Positions 8,109 to 15,546 of a DNA stretch of 22,925 nucleotides are shown here, one piece after another. Source of the DNA: Chthonomonadales bacterium (lineage in GTDB: Bacteria > Armatimonadota > Chthonomonadetes > Chthonomonadales > Chthonomonadaceae); NCBI GenBank assembly GCA_038217285.1, contig JBBQPO010000068.1, positions 1 through 22,925 on the forward strand, given 5' to 3'. Below the pieces are notes generated by a model, which saw only the letters and a list, made by a program, of their open reading frames with translations, made no database searches and was not told the DNA's origin. Position 1 is the first letter of the stretch. Each line of letters begins with the position of its first letter. Both the position numbers and the translations under genes were made by a program.

Positions 8109-8274
8109 GTCAAGGAAGCGCGGTTGCCTCTTTATTATGACGTCTGAGAATGAGCGTTGCCAACAATCCTTGAAACTATCGAAGAACGACTTTGTAGACA
8201 AAAGAGCGTCGTAAAACGTTGTCTTCCGATGACAATATGGTTAAGCGTAACAAGGCTATTTTCGCTAAGTCATC

Positions 8275-8310
8275 CTTCTTCCCATCTCGGTAAGGGGCCA
8301 ATGGGTAGGT
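8275..8310 (-). repeat. REP-like repeat, right (inverted, more degenerate) copy
   Basis: Minus strand reads ACCTACCCATTGGCCCCTTACCGAGATGGGAAGAAG, versus ACCTAACCTCCGGCCCCTTCCCAAGACGGGAAGGGG at 6631. Confidence 0.65.
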
Positions 8311-8333
8311 CCGGAGGGTTAGTATGCGTTGCG

Positions 8334-9611
8334 TCAGGAGGCTTGGCGCAGTTCCGTGGCCGTGATGAGGACAGGTTCCTGGCGGTTGCGTACGGTCTCC
8401 TCTTCGATGATGCAGCGTTTTACGTCGCGCATCGAGGGAAGTTCGTACATGATATCGAGCATCACCTCTTCGATGATGGTGCGCAGGGCGCGCGCGCCCA
8501 TTTTACGCTGCATCGCTTCGCGGGCAATCAGTTGCAGCGCCTCCTCGCGGAAGACCAACTCCACACCATCATACTCGAAAAATTTGGCATACTGTTTGAC
8601 CAGGGCGTTCTTGGGTTCGGTAAGGATCTGCATCAGGGCGGCTTCGTCCAGGGCGTCCAGGGTCGCGACCACCGGCAGACGACCGATGAACTCCGGAATC
8701 AGGCCGAACTTCAGCAGGTCGTCCGGCAGCACATGCTGGAAAATACTGCCCTTCTCGGCGTCTCGTTGGTCCCGTGTGGCGACATCGGCACGCAGTCCCA
8801 TCGTCCGCGTGTTGCGCCGCCGCTCGATCATCTCGGCCAGCCCCTCGAAAGCCCCGCCGCAGATAAAGAGAATGTTGCTGGTATCGAGCTGGACATACTC
8901 TTGCTGCGGGTGCTTGCGCCCGCCTTGCGGAGGAATGTTGGCGACAGTTCCTTCCAGGATCTTGAGCAGGGCCTGCTGGACACCTTCACCGCTGACGTCG
9001 CGGGTGATCGAAGGGTTCTCGCTTTTACGGGTGATCTTGTCGATCTCATCGATGTAGATGATGCCGCGCTGGGCGTTGCGGATGGTCTGTTCGGCATTCG
9101 TGGAGGTGGCGTCGGCGGACTGGAGCAGTTTAAGGAGGATGTTTTCCACGTCTTCCCCCACATAACCGGCTTCGGTAAGGGAGGTGGCGTCGGCGATAGC
9201 GAACGGTACATTGAGGACACGCGCGAGTGTCTGCGCGAGCAGGGTCTTGCCGGAGCCCGTCGGCCCTATCAGCAGAATGTTGCTCTTCTGAAGCTCCACG
9301 TCGCCGACAGGGGCATTGATGCGTTTGTAGTGGTTATAGACCGCGACCGACAGAACGCGTTTGGCCCGCTCCTGCCCGATCACATACTGATTGAGGATAC
9401 GGTGGATCTCGCGCGGCTTGGGGACAGATCCGTTGGGGTGGATCCGCTGTTTTTCGGTTTCGCCGACTTCCGAGCGGATCAGATCAGTACACAGATCCAC
9501 GCAGTCCAGACAGACGCCGCCGTACTTGCCGACGATCAGCTTCTCGACCTGCTCTCGCGTCTTGCCGCACAGAACACAGCGGTTATCCACTCGATCATAT
9601 CCCCTTGACAA
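8334..9611 (-). CDS. clpX: ATP-dependent Clp protease ATP-binding subunit ClpX
   Basis: N-terminal C4 zinc finger (CVLC...CLDC), AVYNHYKR, Walker [13 protein letters not shown] pore loop, IYIDEIDKI and RKH loop. TTG start with SD AAGGAG. Confidence 0.98.
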   Translation of the reverse strand: MSRGYDRVDNRCVLCGKTREQVEKLIVGKYGGVCLDCVDLCTDLIRSEVGETEKQRIHPNGSVPKPREIHRILNQYVIGQERAKRVLSVAVYNHYKRINAPVGDVELQKSNILLIGPTGSGKTLLAQTLARVLNVPFAIADATSLTEAGYVGEDVENILLKLLQSADATSTNAEQTIRNAQRGIIYIDEIDKITRKSENPSITRDVSGEGVQQALLKILEGTVANIPPQGGRKHPQQEYVQLDTSNILFICGGAFEGLAEMIERRRNTRTMGLRADVATRDQRDAEKGSIFQHVLPDDLLKFGLIPEFIGRLPVVATLDALDEAALMQILTEPKNALVKQYAKFFEYDGVELVFREEALQLIAREAMQRKMGARALRTIIEEVMLDIMYELPSMRDVKRCIIEEETVRNRQEPVLITATELRQAS

Positions 9612-9644
9612 AATGCCTCTCCTTACGCCGGGCAGAGACTTCGA

Positions 9645-10262
9645 CTATTTTTTGCGCTCGCCTCGTTCGGCGATCTTATCGATGAGGCCGTATTCCAGAG
9701 CCTCCTGCGCGGACATGAAGTAGTCGCGATCCATATCGCGGCGCACTTTGTCGTGGGGCTGTTTGGTATGGTGCGCGATGATCTCATTCAGCTTTTCATG
9801 CATCCGCACCATCTCTTTGAGCTGGATCTCCGCATCCTGCACCGTGCCTCCGTAACCGCCGGAGACCGCATGGATCATAATACGAGAGTTCGGGAGGGCG
9901 TAACGTTTGCCGTCCGCGCCTCCCGCCAGCAGAACCGCACCCATTGAAGCGGCGAGGCCGACGCAGATCGTCGCGATGTCGCACTTGACCATCTGCATAA
10001 CATCGTACATCGCCAGTCCGGCGGAGACGCTGCCGCCGGGACTGTTGATGTAGATGTCGATATCGGCGTCCGGGTCTTCCTTTTCCAGGAACAGCAGCTC
10101 GGCGATGACGAGGTTCGCGAGATGATCCGTCACCTGCTCTCCGATAAAGATGATACGATCTTTCAGCAGACGCGAGTAGATGTCGTAGGCACGTTCTCCT
10201 CGCGCACTCTGCTCCACAACCATCGGAATGACATTGGAAGGCGGACGAAACAGGCGTTCCAT
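9645..10262 (-). CDS. clpP: ATP-dependent Clp protease proteolytic subunit
   Basis: [27 protein letters not shown] (catalytic Ser), IMIH and DRDYFM. Confidence 0.98.
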   Translation of the reverse strand: MERLFRPPSNVIPMVVEQSARGERAYDIYSRLLKDRIIFIGEQVTDHLANLVIAELLFLEKEDPDADIDIYINSPGGSVSAGLAMYDVMQMVKCDIATICVGLAASMGAVLLAGGADGKRYALPNSRIMIHAVSGGYGGTVQDAEIQLKEMVRMHEKLNEIIAHHTKQPHDKVRRDMDRDYFMSAQEALEYGLIDKIAERGERKK

Positions 10263-10303
10263 GTGTTTATCTCCTGCCAGACGCGCAACGGATCGGCGTC
10301 GGG

Positions 10304-11659
10304 CTATTCGTTCTCTTCAGTCTCTTCCCCGGCCGCCGCGAGTTCGTCGGGATCCGGGGCTTTTTCCTGAACCACTTCGTTCAGAGTGTTGTTGGCGAAC
10401 AGGAACTCGTGCAAGCGGGTCTGAATCAGCGCATTGGCGACCTGCAGGCGGCGGCGAGCATCCAGGCGATACTCTGCGTCCTGCTCTTCGGTCAGGGCAC
10501 CGGCACCCATCATGCGGTCGAACTCGGCATCCACGTCCTCATTGCTGGCCTGCAGACCCTCCTGAATGGAGATGTCCCGCAGGGCGAGGAGAGTCCGGAT
10601 CTGCGCATCGGACTGTGAATAAAGCTCGGCCTGATGTTGCTCCATCGTCATGCCGATCTGCGCCAGATACTGCTCGTATCCCATGCGGTTGTTCTGCAGT
10701 TGATAAGAGAGCTGATTCAGTTTGTCCCGGACCTCGTCGCGCACCAGCACCTGGGGGAAATGGACTTCCGATTTTTCCAGGATGGCTTCCAGGATCCGCT
10801 GTTCGGCGATCTCATTGGAGAGCCGAACGGCATCGGCTTCGAGGCGCGTCTTGACCAGTTCTTTGAACTCGTCAACGGTCTCGGCGCCTGCCGCCTGCAT
10901 GGCGAAGTCATCGTCCAGGTCGGGCATTCGCTTCGCGCTGATGCTCTTCAGGGTAACCGCGAAGCTCGCCTTCTTGCCCCGTTTGTCCTCTTCGGCATAG
11001 TCGTCGGGATAGGTCAGTTCGAACGTGCGCTCTTCGTCGGGCATCATGCCCAGGATTGCCTCGTCGTAGCCGGGGACGTTCTGGCCCATCTGTACCAGTT
11101 GGCGACGCACGGGCGTGTCGTCCTCCTCCACTCCCTCGACCTTGATCTGGTTCTCGACGATCAGCATATCGCCCGCCTCCACGCCGCGATCCGTCACGCG
11201 TTCGAGCTTGGCCCGCTCTTCGCGCAGAGCGTCGATGCGCTGCGTGATCATCTCGTCCGTCACCGTGAAAATAGGCTTCTCAACGATCAGGCCGGTGTAG
11301 TCACCGAGCGTGACCTGGGGCTCCAGGGGCACATTGGCCTTGTAGGTATAAGGTTTCTTGTCTTCGAGGTCGGCGGCATCGATTTCGGGGTCGCGGAAGG
11401 GAGTCAGGCTCTCCTCCTTGATCGCCTTCGTATAGGTGTCCCGCACAATTTTTTCGAGGGCATGGCGGCGAACGCGCTCGTTGTCCACGAAGCGCTCTAC
11501 AAGCGCGCGGGGCGCCTTGCCTGGGCGAAAGCCAGGAACGTTGGCATGGCGTCCAAAATCACGATAGGCACTGTCGAAAGCACGGGAGACCTGCTGTTCA
11601 TCCACTTCGATGCTCAGCACGACAGTGCAGGGGTCGGTCTGCTCGGCGGTAACCTGCAT
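10304..11659 (-). CDS. tig: Trigger factor
   Basis: Start at the ATG at 11659 (SD AAAGGA). Ribosome-binding signature [12 protein letters not shown]-like middle domain, and position upstream of clpP-clpX. Confidence 0.96.
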   Translation of the reverse strand: MQVTAEQTDPCTVVLSIEVDEQQVSRAFDSAYRDFGRHANVPGFRPGKAPRALVERFVDNERVRRHALEKIVRDTYTKAIKEESLTPFRDPEIDAADLEDKKPYTYKANVPLEPQVTLGDYTGLIVEKPIFTVTDEMITQRIDALREERAKLERVTDRGVEAGDMLIVENQIKVEGVEEDDTPVRRQLVQMGQNVPGYDEAILGMMPDEERTFELTYPDDYAEEDKRGKKASFAVTLKSISAKRMPDLDDDFAMQAAGAETVDEFKELVKTRLEADAVRLSNEIAEQRILEAILEKSEVHFPQVLVRDEVRDKLNQLSYQLQNNRMGYEQYLAQIGMTMEQHQAELYSQSDAQIRTLLALRDISIQEGLQASNEDVDAEFDRMMGAGALTEEQDAEYRLDARRRLQVANALIQTRLHEFLFANNTLNEVVQEKAPDPDELAAAGEETEENE

Positions 11660-11803
11660 AGCGTTAGAAATTCCTTTATTTTGTGGTGTGGGGTGTGGTA
11701 GCGTTTCGTTTTGCAGACCCGGGCTGCATGACCGTTCGGGCCGCGCAACTCCCTGCGTACAGTGCGACCTGCAACAGGGAGAAAGTTCGATCAATTTCGG
11801 TGT

Positions 11804-11833
11804 AGCATACTCTATAGTCCCCCTCACTGTCAA
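11804..11833 (-). promoter_or_regulatory. Sigma70-type promoter for tig-clpP-clpX
   Basis: Minus strand reads TTGACA (11833-11828), 18 nt, TATGCT (11809-11804). Confidence 0.65.
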
Positions 11834-11865
11834 GAGCGGATTTCCGGCTGGGAACACTGCTTCGA

Positions 11866-11895
11866 TTGACAGCGTAACTCTCCGGGAGGTACAAT
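11866..11895 (+). promoter_or_regulatory. Sigma70-type promoter for dxs
   Basis: TTGACA 11866-11871, 18 nt, TACAAT 11890-11895. It sits back-to-back with the tig promoter. Confidence 0.65.
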
Positions 11896-11971
11896 CCGCT
11901 ATCGAAAATCCGCGCAGGTGCCTTTCACCGCGCTTCCGACGCGCCCTGCGTCCACAAAGGGGCCTTATCGA

Positions 11972-13948
11972 ATGTACGAGCTTTTGTCGCGTATTCAACG
12001 CCCTGCCGATCTTAAAGGTCTGAATAGAGACCAACTGAAACAGGTTGCCAGAGAACTACGCCAGGCGATTATTGACAACCTCTCCAAGACAGGCGGGCAT
12101 TTCGCGTCCGATCTGGGCGCGGTCGATCTGATCCTCGCGCTCCACACCGTCTACGATGTCCCCAAAGACAAGATCATCTGGGACACCGGCCATCAGGCCT
12201 ATGCGCACAAGATGCTGACGGGCCGCCTCGACCGCTTCAACACGCTGCGGCAGTATGGGGGACTGTCCGGCTTCCTGCGTCGTGAGGAGAGCGAATACGA
12301 CCTCTTCGGCGCCGGCCATGCTGGCACCAGTATCTCAGCCGCCTATGGCTTTGCGGTCGCCCGAGACATGGCCGGGCGCAAAGATGAGAGCGTACTGGCC
12401 GTGATTGGAGACGCCTCCATGACGGCGGGCCTCGCGCTGGAAGGGCTCCAGAACGCCGGTCACAGCGGACGCAACTTCGTCGTGGTCCTCAACGACAACG
12501 AGATGAGCATCGCCGAAAGCGTCGGCGGGCTCGCGACCTATCTAGCCAAGCTGCGCGTCTCCTCGCTCTATCAGAACGCGGAAGCTTCGGCGAAGTCCCT
12601 GCTCAAGCGCGTGCCGGGCACACCGGGCCGCATCGTAAACAAGGCGGCCGGCTCCCTGCTGCGCCAGAACCTGACCCACCTCGTCTCGTCGGATCAGTCC
12701 GGCATTCTCTTCGAAGAGCTGGGCTTCCAGTACTTCGGTCCGGTTGATGGCCACGATCTCGACCTGATGATCGATCTCTTTACCCAGATCAAGCAGATCA
12801 ACGGCCCGGTGTTCGTACACTTGCGCACCGTCAAGGGCAAAGGCTACGAGCAGGCTGAGGGCGACGCCCGCAAGTGGCACGCCGTCACCCCCCCGATGTT
12901 CGCCGATACGGCGACCGGAACGGCCAGTGGCAGCAAATCGAGCGGCCAGACTTGGACGAGCTACTTCAGCAAGACGATCATCGAACTGGCCGACAAAGAT
13001 CCCAAGATCGCCGCCATCACCGCCGCGATGCCCGATGGGACCGGCCTGAACAAATTCAAGGAAGTCTATCCCGACCGCTACTTCGATACCGCCATCGCCG
13101 AACAGCATGCCGTCTGTTTCGCGGCCGGCATGGCCGCCGAAGGCATGAAACCGATCACCGCCATCTACAGCACCTTCCTGCAGCGCGCCTACGACATGAT
13201 CCTGCACGATGTGGCGATCCAGAATCTGCCCGTGATGTTCTGCCTTGACCGTGCTGGCCTGGTCGGTGATGACGGCCCCACGCATCACGGCGTCTTCGAT
13301 ATCGCCATGCTGCGCCCCATTCCCAATGTCTCCATGCTGGCCCCGAAGGATGGCGAGGAGCTGGTCGCGATGCTGCGCTATATGGTGAACGAGCATGTGG
13401 TCGGAGAGAACGCCGGTCCTATCGCGATCCGGTACCCGCGCGGCAATGCGCCGAGTGTGGACTGGGGGCAGCCGAGCCCGCCAATCGTGTTCGGCAAAGC
13501 GGAAACCATTCTCAAAGGCGACGACATCGGCCTGCTGGCCTACGGCAACATGGTCGCGCCCGCCTTCGAGGCCGCGCAGATGCTGCAGGCCGAAGGAATC
13601 GGCGTGGAGTTCGTCAATCTGCGCTGGGCCAAGCCGCTGGACTCCGCCACGATCCTGGAGGTGGCTCGCCGCACCCGTCATCTGATCGTGATGGAAGAGG
13701 GCTGTATCACCGGAGGGCTAGGCTCCGGCATACTGGAGCTGCTGGCCGCGAATGGCCTCTCGGATGTGAAGGTAAAACTGTTTGGCATCCCCGACCATTT
13801 CATCGAACACGGCGCAATACCGATCCTGCATCGCCTCTGCATGCTGACGGTCGCCGACTTCGCCGCCGCCGGGCGGGACCTGCTGGACCGTGCCCAACCG
13901 GAGCCGGTGCCTCTCACCGAAGTCGTCCGCGAATCCCTCACCGCGTAG
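11972..13948 (+). CDS. dxs: 1-deoxy-D-xylulose-5-phosphate synthase
   Basis: Start at the ATG at 11972. GGHFAS, WDTGHQAYAHK, GHAGTSISAA, LNDNEMSI, GPVDGHD, IAEQH, IYSTFLQRAYD, DRAG and IRYPRG. Confidence 0.97.
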   Translation: MYELLSRIQRPADLKGLNRDQLKQVARELRQAIIDNLSKTGGHFASDLGAVDLILALHTVYDVPKDKIIWDTGHQAYAHKMLTGRLDRFNTLRQYGGLSGFLRREESEYDLFGAGHAGTSISAAYGFAVARDMAGRKDESVLAVIGDASMTAGLALEGLQNAGHSGRNFVVVLNDNEMSIAESVGGLATYLAKLRVSSLYQNAEASAKSLLKRVPGTPGRIVNKAAGSLLRQNLTHLVSSDQSGILFEELGFQYFGPVDGHDLDLMIDLFTQIKQINGPVFVHLRTVKGKGYEQAEGDARKWHAVTPPMFADTATGTASGSKSSGQTWTSYFSKTIIELADKDPKIAAITAAMPDGTGLNKFKEVYPDRYFDTAIAEQHAVCFAAGMAAEGMKPITAIYSTFLQRAYDMILHDVAIQNLPVMFCLDRAGLVGDDGPTHHGVFDIAMLRPIPNVSMLAPKDGEELVAMLRYMVNEHVVGENAGPIAIRYPRGNAPSVDWGQPSPPIVFGKAETILKGDDIGLLAYGNMVAPAFEAAQMLQAEGIGVEFVNLRWAKPLDSATILEVARRTRHLIVMEEGCITGGLGSGILELLAANGLSDVKVKLFGIPDHFIEHGAIPILHRLCMLTVADFAAAGRDLLDRAQPEPVPLTEVVRESLTA

Positions 13949-13952
13949 CACA

Positions 13953-14211
13953 AGGAACCGTAAGAGTACTATATCCTGCGGCTTGCCTGTAGGCAAGCCG
14001 CGAAAGTCCGGAAGTGAACCTCTTACAGCCCCTGCGTCCTCGTTAAGAAACATCGAAGTTGTTTCCTAACGAGGACGGCCCCTGTCTCCCTTCCCAAAAC
14101 GAACCATCGTGTCCCGCAAGCCCTCACAGAGAGCAGCCACTTCGCGCTGAACTTTGCCGCATCAGGCCGCTCGTTTACTGAACTCGTTTACTACGGCGGT
14201 CTTCAGGGGCC
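13953..14211 (-). other. Structured intergenic segment (candidate ncRNA, structured 3' UTR or repeat-derived element)
   Basis: Stems at 13953-13966/14020-14033, 13978-13987/13992-14001, 14035-14052/14060-14077 and 14077-14084/14204-14211. Mismatches resolve as G-U only on the minus strand. Confidence 0.5.
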
Positions 14212-14212
14212 T

Positions 14213-14641
14213 CTACTCGTCCGCAGGCATCGGAACCGAGGGCGGGACGAGGAAGACACGCACCGGTGCGTCCGAACCGGTCCGACTCCGGTAGAGAGGA
14301 GATGGCAAAGGGTGAAAGACCACTGCTGGGGACGCCTGCGGAACGAGAGGGGAAGCGAGGGGAGGAGAGACGACGGGAGTTTTGGCGCGGGCGCGGGGAA
14401 GGGGCAGACTGCGAAGCAGGAAGAGGGTAAGAAGAACGGCTGTCACTCCACGCAGGACGTCGCGACGGCCCTGAGGGTCCGGTTTTGGCCCGCCGCCGGG
14501 CGTAACATTCAGGCGCAGGGGTGTGTTTGGCGGCGTCCAGACGATACGCTGAGTTCGGCTGGGATCGGGCAGGCGCTGAGTGACCTCACTGTCCGGCGGA
14601 GTTTGTGAGGTAGACTGATTGTGCAACGGTTCGGTCTTCAC
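14213..14641 (-). CDS. Hypothetical Pro-rich protein with one hydrophobic segment
   Basis: 142 aa, GTG start 6 nt after a perfect TATAAT. Contains RRDVLRGVTAVLLTLFLL. Fills the gap between dxs and the esterase. Confidence 0.55.
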   Translation of the reverse strand: MKTEPLHNQSTSQTPPDSEVTQRLPDPSRTQRIVWTPPNTPLRLNVTPGGGPKPDPQGRRDVLRGVTAVLLTLFLLRSLPLPRARAKTPVVSPPLASPLVPQASPAVVFHPLPSPLYRSRTGSDAPVRVFLVPPSVPMPADE

Positions 14642-14646
14642 GCGCC

Positions 14647-14653
14647 TATTATA
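14647..14653. promoter_or_regulatory. Overlapping bidirectional -10 elements
   Basis: TATTATA reads TATTAT on + (14647-14652) and TATAAT on - (14653-14648), in a 55-nt gap between divergent genes. Confidence 0.55.
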
Positions 14654-14696
14654 GCCCAGGGCGCGACCGTTTGCAACTCTTGCAGGAGTCGAGGAA

Positions 14697-15506
14697 ATGA
14701 CGCACTACCCCGTCGATACGGCAGGCCGTCCGGTGCCGTTGCCCGTTCATACCGGCGCCTATTTTTCGCAGGCGCTCGGCCGCGAGCAGCCCTACGCCTT
14801 TCTGTTGCCGTACGGCTACAGTCCGGAACGGGCGTATCCGCTACTTGTGATGCTCCACGGGCTGAACAGCGACTATAAAGCCTGGACCGCCTATACCCGC
14901 CTTGCGCGCTATGTCGCCACTTACGATCTGATTGTGGCCTGCCCGGACGGCGGCGCAGGCTGGTATACCAACGCTGCCAACGGGGGAGAGCGCCGGGAGG
15001 ACGACATCACTCAGGATTTTGTCGGCCACCTGCAGGCGACGCTCCCCCTCGTGCCGCCCGGACGAGGTTGGGGCATCGGCGGGCTCTCGATGGGAGGCTA
15101 CGGTGCGGTCAAGATCGCGCTCAAACACCCGCATCTGTTTTCGGTTGCGGTAAGCCACAGCGGCTCCTTCGAGAAGATGCAGACCGCCGCCCATCCCGTC
15201 TTCGGTGACCCTACCGCCGACCGTGGCCTGCGTCAGCGCGAAAATCCGTCCTGGCTGGTCGAACAGGCCCTCTGTCGATGGCCGATCGAACGGCCGCGTC
15301 TGCATCTCGACTGCGGCACGGAGGACAGCCTGCTGACTGCTAATCGCCGCTTCGTCGATCATCTGAATTTTGTCGGCTATCCCTATACCTACCGTGAACT
15401 GCCCGGCGAACACACATGGCCCTATTGGGACAGGGCGTTCAAGACGCTGCTGCCGGATCTGGCGCAAAATCTTGGTGCGACGGCGAAGCTGTCGGAAGAC
15501 CGCTGA
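14697..15506 (+). CDS. Alpha/beta-hydrolase esterase (tributyrin esterase / FrmB-like family)
   Basis: MLHGL, nucleophile elbow GLSMGG, acid in CGTED and His in GEHTWPYW. Confidence 0.9.
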   Translation: MTHYPVDTAGRPVPLPVHTGAYFSQALGREQPYAFLLPYGYSPERAYPLLVMLHGLNSDYKAWTAYTRLARYVATYDLIVACPDGGAGWYTNAANGGERREDDITQDFVGHLQATLPLVPPGRGWGIGGLSMGGYGAVKIALKHPHLFSVAVSHSGSFEKMQTAAHPVFGDPTADRGLRQRENPSWLVEQALCRWPIERPRLHLDCGTEDSLLTANRRFVDHLNFVGYPYTYRELPGEHTWPYWDRAFKTLLPDLAQNLGATAKLSEDR

Positions 15507-15546
15507 CCGCCCTGAACACAGGGCATGGAAGAAAGAAGGCGAAGAC

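Noticed and set aside
8157..9608. 483-aa ORF antisense to clpX, and similar long shadow ORFs opposite tig, dxs, the oxidoreductase, the PBP and the PPIase
   Set aside because: They mirror well-supported genes, have no motifs, and are expected from high GC at third codon positions.
11660..11800. Possible tRNA upstream of tig
   Set aside because: No cloverleaf, no properly placed T-loop and no CCA acceptor arrangement.
11660..12034. Long N-terminal extensions in the ORF track (tig to 12034, RRM from 4964, oxidoreductase from 15370, PPIase to 3241)
   Set aside because: They overlap promoters or neighbouring genes. Downstream starts with SD sequences match the family N-termini.
14000..14019. 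GCGAAAGTCCGGAAGTGAAC resembling RNase P (GGAAAGUCC) or SRP (CAGGUCCGGAAGGAAGCAG) motifs
   Set aside because: The rest of each consensus is absent: no RNase P 3' P4 strand and no SRP domain IV AGCAG.
14150..14206. Minus-strand CUGAAGA and CUGAUG suggesting a hammerhead ribozyme core
   Set aside because: No correctly placed GAAA after a stem II (the sequence reads CAAA), so the canonical core cannot be assembled.
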